From Azolla caroliniana (taxonomy: Eukaryota; Plantae; Polypodiophyta), in the NCBI GenBank assembly GCA_043228905.1, contig JBHGNT010000017.1:6820001-6884000 (forward strand): 64,000 nucleotides of DNA, read 5' to 3'. The notes beneath the pieces were generated by a model. It made no database searches. It had not been told where the DNA came from and saw nothing but the letters and a program-made list of their open reading frames with translations. The stretch's first letter is position 1; the number at the start of each line of letters is the position of its first letter. This document shows positions 63,484 to 64,000 of this stretch, one piece after another. The position numbers and the translations under genes are program-made.

Positions 63484-64000
63484 CATGTATTGTTCAAGCT
63501 CTCGTAGGTGACCATATTATGTTTTTGGCACCTAATCGGGAAAATATTAGTAAGACAAGAGATGTGTGGGAATTGTTTTCAAATGCTTCAGGGTTGAGAA
63601 TTAATATACATAAATCTGTCCTCATTTCATGTACGGAACAAGATGTGTTAGGGTTGGGGTGGTCAAGAAGGATAGTACATTGTGGTATGATTTGTTATCA
63701 CCTTGGATATCCAATTGGGGTGGAAGTTTCTCATGTGAAACTTATTGAGTGGGTATCCAAAAGTTTGGAGGATAAGTTTATGTATTGGAGGTCTCAATTT
63801 TGGCCTTTTCATGTACGACTTAAGGTGGTCCAATCAATTATGGTCACTATGGTATCTTATTATCTTCCTTTGATGCCATGGTCAAAGAAAGCTCTTGAAA
63901 TGTTGTCACGCTCAATGTGAATGTTGTTATGGAAAAGAAAAGGGAAAAGTGCCTTGTCATGGTTGGCATGGGATCATGTTTGTACTCTGAAGCGTCTTGG
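63484..64000 (+). mobile_element. 5'-truncated LINE (L1-clade) ORF2 fragment, RT C-terminal region, degenerate
   Basis: FSNASGLRINIHKS, YHLGYPIG, RLKVVQSIM...SYY, then after a stop LLW...LSWLAWDHVCTLKRLG, typical of the plant L1 RT thumb region. It starts at an (AG)n tract. Confidence 0.85.

Overview
Eukaryotic genomic DNA from a land plant. Tcn1-type chromoviruses and an ~8 kb TE-filled intron suggest a non-seed plant such as a fern, lycophyte or moss (inference). Most of the window is nested LTR retrotransposons: three degenerate Tcn1-like Ty3/Gypsy chromoviruses, a non-chromovirus Gypsy, several Ty1/Copia elements, solo LTRs and a tandem array of a non-autonomous LTR element. One Copia (6383-11753) is fully intact with identical LTRs. 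There are also two hAT-type MITEs and a LINE fragment. The only host gene is a multi-exon, probably plastid-targeted YaaW/At1g73470-like gene (18358-29434, +). Two observations stand out. First, two independent insertions end in INVERTED copies of the same LTR end yet are flanked by near-perfect 5-bp TSDs (39367-40417 and 20479-22742). Second, four LTR families each have a different non-tRNA PBS that is complementary to their own LTR sequence starting 32-33 nt after the TATA box, which points to Tf1-like self-priming. All coordinates and comparisons were made by eye, and family names come from remembered motifs rather than database searches.
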